IMG/VR virus record: IMGVR_UViG_3300020183_000065 | Coordinates: 3,055-67,054 of that record | From: a virus | Reading direction: 5' to 3' (one strand) | Length of the DNA: 64,000 nucleotides | In this document: piece after piece, positions 9,449 through 18,722 of the stretch | How the letters are laid out: each line of letters begins with the position of its first letter | How positions within the stretch are numbered: the stretch's first letter is position 1 | The notes under the pieces: model-generated | What the model saw: the letters and a program-made list of their open reading frames with translations, nothing else | What the model was told of the DNA's origin: nothing | The model's database searches: none | Position numbers and translations under genes: made by a program

Positions 9449-12406
9449 ATGATATCACAAGAAGAAATTAAAAATTTCCTAGAAGGGAATGATCCGGAAG
9501 AATATATTGTTTCCGTTGAGTTTGATCACAAATCAGATCACATTTATAAAATTAAAGAAGTACCGGGTAAAGGTAAGTTGGTACAAAGAGATTCACTGAT
9601 AGCTTTTGCTTGGGTTGGGGATTTAAGGGGTATGAACTTTTACAAATCATCCAAGGACCAACAAAAAGAAGCTATGTCTAAATACGGTATAATGATTGAA
9701 AAATTGCGTACCGATGGAAATGAAAGACTTGAATCCGGTCTTACATTTATGGTTAAATCTTTAAAAGGGTACAGGTCATTAGTTCAGTTTTTTAGGGATG
9801 GTGGACTGGATCCATGGGGTGAAAAATCAAAAAATAAAATTTTAATATTAAATCCGGTAGAACAATATTTAATCTCAAAAGAAAAAAGATTATTTAAAGG
9901 GTTTGAGGAGTATAATGATATTACTAGACTTGTATTCGACTTGGAGACGACCGCTTTGGAACCAAAGGATGGTCGTATATTCATGATTGGGATTAAAACT
10001 AACAAGGGTTATAAAAAGGTAATTGAGTGTTCCGATGAAGATGAGGAACGTAGGGGTATAACAGAATTTTTCAGAATTATAGATGAAATTAAACCATCAA
10101 TAGTAGCTGGATATAACTCATTTAACTTCGACTGGAATTGGATCTTTGAGAGGTGTAAGATGTTAAACTTGGACATTAAACGAATATGTAAGTCATTATC
10201 ACCAGAAAAATCTATATCACAAAAAGACTCCTTATTGAAATTAGCTAATGAGGTTGAGAAATTCCCCCAAACTCAAATATGGGGTTATAACGTAATTGAT
10301 ATTTTACACTCGGTTCGTAGAGCTCAAGCGATAAACTCAAACATTAAGGAAGCTGGTCTTAAGTATATTACAAAGTTTATTGACGCTGAAGCTGAAGATC
10401 GAATTTATATCGATCACACCAGAATTGGTCCTATGTATAGAGATAAAGAAGAATATTGGTTAAACATTAAAAATGGTAACTATAAAAAAGTTGGTGTTGA
10501 TTCTAACATAGATGAGGTTTGTGAAAGAAGAACTGACACATATATAAAAACAACTGGTGATGATATTGTTGAGAGATATCTTGACGATGACTTAGAAGAG
10601 ACGTTATTGGTGGATGATGAATATAATCAAGGTTCATTTCTTCTAGCGTCGCTATTACCAACAACGTATGAGAGGGTGTCAACCATGGGTACAGCTACTC
10701 TTTGGAAAATCTTAATGTTAGCTTGGTCATATAAACATGGGTTAGCTGTTCCAGGTAAACAAGAAAAACGTGACTTTGTTGGTGGATTATCTAGATTAAT
10801 AAAAACTGGGTATTCTAGAAATGTATTAAAACTTGACTACTCATCACTATACCCATCAATTCAATTGGTTCATGACGTGTTCCCAGAATGTGATGTTACT
10901 GGGGTTATGAAAGGTTTATTATCATACTTTAGAAATTCTCGTATTATGTATAAGAATTTAGCTGAAGAGTATTCCACAATAGATAAGAAAAAATCATTAT
11001 CATTTGACCGAAAACAATTACCGGTTAAAATATTCATTAACTCCATGTTTGGCGCGTTATCAGCTCCTCAAGTATTTCACTGGGCTGATATTGATAAGGG
11101 TGAAATGATTACCTGTACTGGTAGACAATATCTTCGTATGATGATAAATTTTTTCATGGATCGTGGATATGTACCATTAGTTATGGACACCGATGGTATT
11201 AACTTTTCAGTACCTGACGGAACTGAATCTAGAAGATATATTGGTAAGGGTTTAAACTGGAAAGTTGTTGAGGGTAAGGAATATGTTGGTGAGGAAGCTG
11301 ATGTAATGGAATTTAATGACCTGTCAATGAGAGGTGAAATGGCGTTAGATACTGATGGTCAATGGCCAGCGTGTATTAATTTAGCTAGAAAGAACTACGC
11401 ACTTATAACAGCTAAAGGTAAAATAAAACTAACCGGTAATAGTATTAAGTCAAAGAAGATGCCAAAATACATTGAGATATTTCTAGATAAAGGTATTAAA
11501 TTATTACTAGATGGTAAAGGTCAGGAATTTATTGAGTGGTACTACGAGTATTTACAAAAAATTTGTGATCAAAAAATTCCACTATCTGAAATAGCTAACA
11601 AAGGTAGAATAAAACAAACTGTAAAAGACTATAAAATACGTAGTACACAAAAAACAAAAGCTGGTAGTTTAATATCTAGACAAGCTCACATGGAACTTGT
11701 AATTAAGGATGATTTAAATGTTAGTCTGGGAGATGTCATTTACTATGTTAATAATGGAACAAAAGTTTCACAAGGTGATGTTCAGAAAGTTAACAAACCA
11801 AAGAAGGGGTGGAGTGAAGAACAGGTGAGATTGTTCTTTTCACAAGGTGAAAGATCAGATTATAAAAATAAAGAACAATTCCTATTAAACAACGGTTGGG
11901 AAAAATCTTGGTCGGATGATAACTGGGTACGTAGTGACTCTAAGTATAAGGAAGCGAATAACGGTGTACCAACAGACGTAGCGTATAGAGCGGCTAATTC
12001 AGATTCTGTCATACAACTTAATTGTTATAGAATTGATCCGTCAGATTTAGAGAATAATCCTGGAATGTTAGGTGAATACAACATACCTAGAGCGGTATCA
12101 ACATTTAACAAACGGGTAGAACCTTTGTTAGTGGTTTTCGATAAAGAAATTAGAGATTCTATATTGGTATCAAATCCGGAAGATAGATCATTTTTCACTA
12201 AAGAACAATCACGACTAATAAACGGACAACCCTTTGAGGAGAAAGATCAGGATGATTTATATCGAGATGTTATGGAAATAACAAATGATGAGAAATTATT
12301 TTGGGAAAAAGTGGGGGTTAGTCCTTATCACATGTATAAAAACGCTGACCCACTTATGTTAAAGTATGTAGATGAGGATGAATTAGTCAATCTTCAGTCC
12401 GTCTGA
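9449..12406 (+). CDS. polB: Family B DNA polymerase with 3'-5' exonuclease
   Basis: ExoI FDLETT, ExoII GYNSFNFDW, motif A DYSSLYPS, motif B KIFINSMFG, motif C DTDG, RKNYA. Confidence 0.95.
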   Translation: MISQEEIKNFLEGNDPEEYIVSVEFDHKSDHIYKIKEVPGKGKLVQRDSLIAFAWVGDLRGMNFYKSSKDQQKEAMSKYGIMIEKLRTDGNERLESGLTFMVKSLKGYRSLVQFFRDGGLDPWGEKSKNKILILNPVEQYLISKEKRLFKGFEEYNDITRLVFDLETTALEPKDGRIFMIGIKTNKGYKKVIECSDEDEERRGITEFFRIIDEIKPSIVAGYNSFNFDWNWIFERCKMLNLDIKRICKSLSPEKSISQKDSLLKLANEVEKFPQTQIWGYNVIDILHSVRRAQAINSNIKEAGLKYITKFIDAEAEDRIYIDHTRIGPMYRDKEEYWLNIKNGNYKKVGVDSNIDEVCERRTDTYIKTTGDDIVERYLDDDLEETLLVDDEYNQGSFLLASLLPTTYERVSTMGTATLWKILMLAWSYKHGLAVPGKQEKRDFVGGLSRLIKTGYSRNVLKLDYSSLYPSIQLVHDVFPECDVTGVMKGLLSYFRNSRIMYKNLAEEYSTIDKKKSLSFDRKQLPVKIFINSMFGALSAPQVFHWADIDKGEMITCTGRQYLRMMINFFMDRGYVPLVMDTDGINFSVPDGTESRRYIGKGLNWKVVEGKEYVGEEADVMEFNDLSMRGEMALDTDGQWPACINLARKNYALITAKGKIKLTGNSIKSKKMPKYIEIFLDKGIKLLLDGKGQEFIEWYYEYLQKICDQKIPLSEIANKGRIKQTVKDYKIRSTQKTKAGSLISRQAHMELVIKDDLNVSLGDVIYYVNNGTKVSQGDVQKVNKPKKGWSEEQVRLFFSQGERSDYKNKEQFLLNNGWEKSWSDDNWVRSDSKYKEANNGVPTDVAYRAANSDSVIQLNCYRIDPSDLENNPGMLGEYNIPRAVSTFNKRVEPLLVVFDKEIRDSILVSNPEDRSFFTKEQSRLINGQPFEEKDQDDLYRDVMEITNDEKLFWEKVGVSPYHMYKNADPLMLKYVDEDELVNLQSV

Positions 12407-12742
12407 AGAAAGTATGTACCAATTATTATCCACAAAAAATAATTGTACACACGAACCTTTTTCCATCATTAGTTCGTCCCACTCCTCATCAATTTTACCA
12501 ATGTCTGGTTTAACCAAAACTGTTGTTAGTGATTTAACAATAATCATATGATTATCCACAGAATTTAATGTTATTGTTGATTCTTCGATACCCCTAACAA
12601 TTAATAGTGTCTCGTTTGAGACTTTATAGTCCGGTATATTTACCACCTTACTAGTTGGTTTTTTATTTACCGGAATACTAATTGTTTGTGGACCCTTCAT
12701 CACTGTCTTTCTTGGTGATATGTTTGTAATTTTAAATGACAT
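12383..12742 (-). CDS. Hypothetical beta-rich phage protein
   Basis: 119 aa, overlaps the 3' end of the neck gene and converges on polB with a 24-nt overlap. Confidence 0.6.
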   Translation of the reverse strand: MSFKITNISPRKTVMKGPQTISIPVNKKPTSKVVNIPDYKVSNETLLIVRGIEESTITLNSVDNHMIIVKSLTTVLVKPDIGKIDEEWDELMMEKGSCVQLFFVDNNWYILSSDGLKID

Positions 12743-13859
12743 AAATTTGATTTGGCATTGCTCTAAACTTTAAAGACTTATTTAGATTCTCAGCGATTAA
12801 CGCTTCACGTTCCATTACCTTTTCAGGTTTAAGTCTTGTTAGTCTACCTTCAGCACCTATTAATTCCTCAATTAATTTTGTTTTTTCATCTTTAGCTTCG
12901 GTTGCTAATGAAGTGTAATCCATTGTTAAATCACCATCTGGGGTTTTTAGATTTCCACTGAATTTACCACGTACTCTAGATAAAGTTTCCTTACAGTAAG
13001 CTATGAACCATCTTCTAACCCAAATCTGTGATGGATTATTTAAGTCAACCCAACTCATCTTATCAAACGGTACATCTGACGGCATTGTGATAATGTCTGG
13101 ATTTAATTTTAAACATTTATCCCTATCTTCCGGACCAACATCATAATACCAATACCAAACTTTACCTCTTGTTAATGTTGAGTTTCCGAAATCAAATTTT
13201 CCACCTGGTGTATTCATTAAGTGAATAGCTTTTTTACCATCAGGTAGTGCTGTAACTCGATATGTTAAATCACCAACAATTATTCTTCTTTGAATATTAA
13301 TTTCCTGCATTCGTAATAACATATCAAATACTGGCATCATAAAATAACTACCACCCATATTTCCCATCTGTGCTAGTCCTCCACCACCACCGAGTCCTCC
13401 ACCAACACCCAAAGCTCCAAAAGACCAAGGATCGAACATTGTATTATTTAACTCAGCTGGGGTAAACCATAATAATTCATTTAACTCTCTATTAGCTGGT
13501 ATCTCGTATATTTGTTGATTTGGTACTAATTGAATATAATCTTTTTTCAAAACATAGTCACCTCCGGTTTGTAGTCCAACAATTTTTGAATAAGCGTATG
13601 TATACCTAGTTTCATAATCCAAACTTCTGGTTGTAAATGCTCTCGTTAAGGATTGTGTATCCATGTTTAGATTATATAAATTTGCCCATTGGGATTCAAT
13701 TAACCAGTCTTGGATGTATTGTGAGTATTCATCAATTGAGAACTCCAATAAGGTGTCCATTTGTTCGTCCTCTAATTCTACACTTCTTTGTGGAGCACCA
13801 AGTAAATGTCTTATTTGGGTGTATAACTTACTTCTTTCAGGTTCTTGAATTATTGCCAT
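12732..13859 (-). CDS. Neck/head-tail adaptor protein (T4 gp13-like)
   Basis: LGAPQRSVELEDEQ N-terminus and WVRRW...KETLSRVRGKF C-terminus are gp13-like; late-type motif upstream. Confidence 0.7.
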   Translation of the reverse strand: MAIIQEPERSKLYTQIRHLLGAPQRSVELEDEQMDTLLEFSIDEYSQYIQDWLIESQWANLYNLNMDTQSLTRAFTTRSLDYETRYTYAYSKIVGLQTGGDYVLKKDYIQLVPNQQIYEIPANRELNELLWFTPAELNNTMFDPWSFGALGVGGGLGGGGGLAQMGNMGGSYFMMPVFDMLLRMQEINIQRRIIVGDLTYRVTALPDGKKAIHLMNTPGGKFDFGNSTLTRGKVWYWYYDVGPEDRDKCLKLNPDIITMPSDVPFDKMSWVDLNNPSQIWVRRWFIAYCKETLSRVRGKFSGNLKTPDGDLTMDYTSLATEAKDEKTKLIEELIGAEGRLTRLKPEKVMEREALIAENLNKSLKFRAMPNQIYVI

Positions 13860-13882
13860 GGTAATTTTTTTATATAAATATC

Positions 13883-14980
13883 TTATTGTTTTGTTCTAAG
13901 AAGATATAACTCATTAACAAATTCCCAATTAACATGATTCCAAAACTTTTTAATATATTCATCACGTTTGTTTTGATATTTTAAATAATAAGCGTGCTCC
14001 CATAAATCTAAACCCAAAAGTGGGTACCCCCCGTCTTTAATGGTGTTCATTAGTGGATTATCCTGATTAGGTGTTGATACAATTTTTAATTTATTTGTTT
14101 TAGTTAGAACCAACCAAACCCACCCGGACCCAAATCTATCTTTAGCTACCGATTCGAATTCATCTTTCATTTTTTTAATATTTCCGTATTGTTTGGTAAT
14201 TTTTTCATAAACCTCACCTTTAGGTACTTGTTTTTTTGGTGATAACATTTTCCAGAATAACGCGTGGTTAAAAGCACCCCCAGCGTTATTTCGAATCACA
14301 TCATTATACTTACTAATAGTTTTGAGAATACTTTCCAATTCAAGATCACCTTTAATATTTTTTTTAGATAACGCGTCGTTTAATTTTTTAACATACCCTT
14401 TATAATGTTTGTTATAATGGATGTCCATAGTTTTTGGGTCCACAAATTGACTCATGGATGAATATGAGTATGGTAATTTTTCTATTCCGATTTTTTTCAT
14501 TTCGATTAATAATTCAGACCTTAAATTTGTTTTTTCCTGAATTATTAATTGTTCACTGATTAATGTTAATTTTTTTTCTATCCCAGATAAACTTTCATAA
14601 ACTAAGTTTTCATACTGGGGGTGATCACGTTCAAACATTTTAACTAGTCGACCAGCATACGCGTTCGCTTCATCTTCATTCTGACCACCAATGTCCTCAC
14701 CACGTTCACGACCTAAAACATCTCTTTGGTATTCGTGAACCCATTCGTGAGCTAGTGTTCTTAATACGTCACGGTTTAATCTATTTTTAGTTAAAACTTT
14801 TATACCTCGTTCTGGGTGGTGACCACCAGTTGACATACTACCAATTCGTTCACCAACAAAATTTATATTAATTTCTCTTTTTATTGGAATTTTTTTCTGT
14901 AGGTATTTAATAAAGTCATCGGTTAATTTTCTGTCTTCCGAGGACATATCACATTTAATATGTTTTACATTAACTTTCAT
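13883..14980 (-). CDS. sodA: Fe/Mn superoxide dismutase (Mn-type GG motif) fused to an N-terminal HExxH zinc-peptidase-like domain
   Basis: LPYSY, HYNKHYKGYV, NNAGGAFNHALFW, FGSGWVWL, NQDNP, DLWEHAYY; N-terminal RTLAHEWVHEYQ...EDEANAYAG. Confidence 0.9.
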   Translation of the reverse strand: MKVNVKHIKCDMSSEDRKLTDDFIKYLQKKIPIKREININFVGERIGSMSTGGHHPERGIKVLTKNRLNRDVLRTLAHEWVHEYQRDVLGRERGEDIGGQNEDEANAYAGRLVKMFERDHPQYENLVYESLSGIEKKLTLISEQLIIQEKTNLRSELLIEMKKIGIEKLPYSYSSMSQFVDPKTMDIHYNKHYKGYVKKLNDALSKKNIKGDLELESILKTISKYNDVIRNNAGGAFNHALFWKMLSPKKQVPKGEVYEKITKQYGNIKKMKDEFESVAKDRFGSGWVWLVLTKTNKLKIVSTPNQDNPLMNTIKDGGYPLLGLDLWEHAYYLKYQNKRDEYIKKFWNHVNWEFVNELYLLRTKQ

Positions 14981-15012
14981 TATTGATAAATATTACCAAA
15001 AATAAAAGATTA

Positions 15013-16779
15013 TTACCTACGTTTATTTATTAGATTTAAAATTTCCTCAACCATATCACCACTGGTTTGTTCAATATCACCATCACCCATAACCGTTCTG
15101 ATAACTTGTTTCTTATTGTTTAAGATATCATATATTATACCTTCTATTGTGTTATCAAATAGGGGGTAATAAACTAATACATTATTTTTTTGACCATATC
15201 TGTAAGCTCTGTCTTCAGCTTGTGAATGTTCGGCAGGAACAAATGATAAATCATTCATTATAACAACCTCAGCGGATGTTAGTGTTAAACCGACACCAGC
15301 AGCTTTTAAATTTCCGACAAATACTTTTATTTTTTCATTTTCTTGGAACTGATCTACAGCGTATTGTCTTTGTTGTTTTGAACAACTTCCGTCCAGATAA
15401 ACAGATTCTTTTTTAAAATGGTTATGTATTATTTGTAGTGTGTCTGTAAAGTTTGTAAAAATGATTACTTTTTTACCTTGGTCGATAATATTCTCAGCAA
15501 TCTCAATTGTTTGGTTAACCTTTTCATTGGCTATAATTTTTCTAACCTTCATTAACTTAGAGAATTGTACAGTCAGTGATGATGATTCATCAGGGTTTTT
15601 ATCGTACCATTCGTAGTACTCACCCATAACTTCTTCGTATTCTTTAGATTTCAATCTTAAGTATATTGGTGATATTATTTTTTCAGGTAAGTCTAGTACA
15701 TCTTCTTTTAATCTACGTAGAATTTGTTTTGATGTTCTATCCCGTAATTCCTCCAGGTTTGAAGCTCCGGAAACATTCCAAACTTTTCTATTACCAGCTC
15801 TGAATTGGTAACCTTGACAATACCTTATAGCGTAAGCCATCCAGTTTTGAGCTACAGGACTTTCAATTATGGATAATAAATTATAATAGTTCATGGGTCT
15901 AGATGTCATTGGTGTTCCGGTTAACAACCAAACGTATTTAATACCTTTAACAAAATTATTAATTACTTTAGTCCTTTGTGCTTGTGAGTTGGATACCATG
16001 TGAGCTTCGTCTAAAATGACCAAATCAAAATTTGACTGTATAATTAATGACTCATCTCGATTCTTTGGGTCGTGAAAATTTTTTATAATATCATAGTTAA
16101 CAATCACAAAGTCATGTTCTGTTGAAAATTTTTTACCTTCACAGATATAGACACTACGATCTGAATAATTTTCGATTTCCCTTTGCCAATTTATTTTTAA
16201 AGAAGCTGGACAAATTATTAATATTTTTTTTGGTCCAGACTCAAGTGCGGCAATAATTGTTGAGGTTGTTTTACCGAGTCCCATGTCGTCAGCCAAAATA
16301 TATCTTCTAGAACCTACTAATTTTTCGATAGCTTCTTTTTGGTGGGTCAGTGGTGGTCTGTGTGAATATTTAGTGTAATCAATTGATACGTCTTTAGTTG
16401 ATTGGGATTTAATTAGTGATGACCTAGGAACCCAAAATTCACTTAATTGGTCTTCATCAAAAAATTTAGCCCAAATGTGGTAAGATTTTTCTTTCTCAAC
16501 AAGAAGTTTCTCAACATAAACTTTTTCAGGAACCTTAAGTAGGTATCTTTCATCTGAAAATTTTTTAGCGAAGTACGAATCCAGATCAACCCATTTTCTA
16601 GCTATCTTTGGTATTGTATTAAAATAATTAACAATATATTCAGCTTGGGTTCTAGTCGGGTAGAATTTTTTATTTGTTTCTTTTTTGTTTTTCAAAAACA
16701 ATATATAGTTATTGGACCCAGAATACGTATCGAGTAGGTCCAATGATTTATGTTCTATAAGTTGTTGACTGATATCCAA
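15013..16779 (-). CDS. SNF2-family (HARP/SMARCAL1-like) helicase
   Basis: LADDMGLGKT, DEAH, LTGTP, GVGLTLT, QAEDRAYRYGQ. Start probably the TTG at 16779 rather than 16824. Confidence 0.9.
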   Translation of the reverse strand: MDISQQLIEHKSLDLLDTYSGSNNYILFLKNKKETNKKFYPTRTQAEYIVNYFNTIPKIARKWVDLDSYFAKKFSDERYLLKVPEKVYVEKLLVEKEKSYHIWAKFFDEDQLSEFWVPRSSLIKSQSTKDVSIDYTKYSHRPPLTHQKEAIEKLVGSRRYILADDMGLGKTTSTIIAALESGPKKILIICPASLKINWQREIENYSDRSVYICEGKKFSTEHDFVIVNYDIIKNFHDPKNRDESLIIQSNFDLVILDEAHMVSNSQAQRTKVINNFVKGIKYVWLLTGTPMTSRPMNYYNLLSIIESPVAQNWMAYAIRYCQGYQFRAGNRKVWNVSGASNLEELRDRTSKQILRRLKEDVLDLPEKIISPIYLRLKSKEYEEVMGEYYEWYDKNPDESSSLTVQFSKLMKVRKIIANEKVNQTIEIAENIIDQGKKVIIFTNFTDTLQIIHNHFKKESVYLDGSCSKQQRQYAVDQFQENEKIKVFVGNLKAAGVGLTLTSAEVVIMNDLSFVPAEHSQAEDRAYRYGQKNNVLVYYPLFDNTIEGIIYDILNNKKQVIRTVMGDGDIEQTSGDMVEEILNLINKRR

Positions 16780-16837
16780 AATACCTTTTATTTTAAAAAT
16801 AACAAAAATTTTAATATTTATCAATAAAAAGTTGACA

Positions 16838-17350
16838 ATGTCGAATAAAATTCCAATAACAAGACTAGGAAAATTTTTTGGTGATAGTGATTATAACCTT
16901 GAAATATCTATGGGTGAGGAGTGGTTAGTTGGTGATATGAACTTTACTTGTATACTTTATAGGGTTGATAGAAATAAAACAAAAACTGATGACGTGTATG
17001 GTGAAACGGTATCTGACGGTGTCAAATTTTTACCTCCCATTGAATTTAACGCTTATGTTGGTATAGCAGCTCCTGAAAATAAATTACTAGGGTCAACCAA
17101 GTTAGACCAAATGGAGCCTGGAAATATAACGGTTTCGGTATACCAAAAAACATTAGAAGATTTGGAGATAGACATTACTTTTGGAGACTACATTGGGTAC
17201 TACGAGAGTGAAACTTTTGTTAGATACTACACCGTGGTAAATGATGGTCGTGTTGTGTCAGACACAAAACACAACTATAGAGGTTATAAACCGTTCTATA
17301 GGACAATAATTGGTTCACCGGTTGGACCAAATGAATTCAGAGGATTATAA
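16838..17350 (+). CDS. Putative neck/head-closure protein (T4 gp14-like)
   Basis: DDVYGE motif and ITFGDYI; sits before the terminator and sheath genes. Confidence 0.55.
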   Translation: MSNKIPITRLGKFFGDSDYNLEISMGEEWLVGDMNFTCILYRVDRNKTKTDDVYGETVSDGVKFLPPIEFNAYVGIAAPENKLLGSTKLDQMEPGNITVSVYQKTLEDLEIDITFGDYIGYYESETFVRYYTVVNDGRVVSDTKHNYRGYKPFYRTIIGSPVGPNEFRGL

Positions 17351-17351
17351 T

Positions 17352-18389
17352 ATGGGTTTACCTAAAAAGATAAAGAAAGATATTGATCTTATTGAGAAGA
17401 AGACTTTATTACCTAGACGACATGAGATAGCCGACATGATATCTAGGGATGGTACTTACTTACCAAAAAGTCTACTACACGCTGATTTAGATCGTGGATT
17501 TTTAGATTTTGTTCGAGATGAATTGAGATGTGTTGTTGGGGGTAGTGTGGTACCTATGGTTGATATCCTGTTAACGACACAAAACTGGTCACAGTTTACC
17601 GAGTCTTGGGATTTCCAAAATATTGACAAGAATATTGAACCCCCATTTATAACGGTAATTAGAACACCAGAGGTTAAGTTTGGTACAAATCCAGCTACAC
17701 TATATAACATACCAAATAGACGAATGTATTATTACGCACAGGTCCCAACATGGGATGGACAAAGACATGGGATGGACATATATAAAATACCACAACCAGT
17801 ACCTGTGGATATTAAATATACCGTAGCTATTGTATGTAATAGAATGAGGGAATTAAATAAATTTAATCAAATTATTATTGAGAAGTTCGCGTCCAGACAA
17901 GCGTACCAAGTAATTAAGGGTCACTATATACCAATAATTAATGATGATACATCTGATGAGTCTGTCATGGATTTGGAAAAAAGAAAATTTTACATACAAA
18001 AGTACAATTTCACATTGATGGGATTTTTAATTGATGAAGATGAGTTTGAGGTTAAACCAGCTTTAACTAGAGTTTTTCAAATGTATGAAACCGACACTAA
18101 GGTTAAAAGAAAAAAACCAAGAAAGGAAATACCACAAATTCCAGGTACATCCATATTTACATATCCGGTTGGTAACTTAGTAATTGAGAGGGAGTATGAT
18201 TATTTAGTTAACCTACACTATGTTAGTGATAAGAATGTTAATACTTACCAAATTTTTATAAATAATGATTTTTATGGTAATGATATTACCGAAATACAAA
18301 TAAACAATGGTGATCTTGTTAGAATAATTGTAACTAAATTAGATAATACCCAGATATCTGAAATAATATTTAATGAGGAATTATTATAA
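17352..18389 (+). CDS. Putative tail terminator/sheath stabiliser (T4 gp15-like)
   Basis: PQPVPVDIKYTV...ELNKFNQIIIEKF pattern; adjacent to sheath; ATG at 17352 follows the upstream stop. Confidence 0.55.
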   Translation: MGLPKKIKKDIDLIEKKTLLPRRHEIADMISRDGTYLPKSLLHADLDRGFLDFVRDELRCVVGGSVVPMVDILLTTQNWSQFTESWDFQNIDKNIEPPFITVIRTPEVKFGTNPATLYNIPNRRMYYYAQVPTWDGQRHGMDIYKIPQPVPVDIKYTVAIVCNRMRELNKFNQIIIEKFASRQAYQVIKGHYIPIINDDTSDESVMDLEKRKFYIQKYNFTLMGFLIDEDEFEVKPALTRVFQMYETDTKVKRKKPRKEIPQIPGTSIFTYPVGNLVIEREYDYLVNLHYVSDKNVNTYQIFINNDFYGNDITEIQINNGDLVRIIVTKLDNTQISEIIFNEELL

Positions 18390-18442
18390 TATATAATTAA
18401 TTATTATATATATATAGCCATACCCATTATGTTTCTCACTTT

Positions 18443-18604
18443 TCAGTTTTCACCATAAATATCTTTTTTTTCTTTACACTTATCCAGTATAAGATTTTCC
18501 AAAAACTTATACATTTTAATACCCCGTTTATCACAGTATTTTTTAAGGACAGAGTGTACCTCTGGTGATATCTTTAAGTTCTTTATTTTCTTAGTATTAT
18601 CCAT
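18443..18604 (-). CDS. Ribbon-helix-helix DNA-binding protein (53 aa)
   Basis: IKNLKISPEVHSVLKKYCDKRGIKMYKFLENLI is a CopG/Arc-like pattern; likely start is the ATG at 18604. Confidence 0.65.
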   Translation of the reverse strand: MDNTKKIKNLKISPEVHSVLKKYCDKRGIKMYKFLENLILDKCKEKKDIYGEN

Positions 18605-18722
18605 GGTAGAAAAAAGGTAGAAAAAAATCATACCAATATATAAATAGTTTTTAATAAGTAAAGTTTTTACAAAAAACGTCAATATTTATTATTAAAATAA
18701 AAGAATAAACAATTAATAGAAA

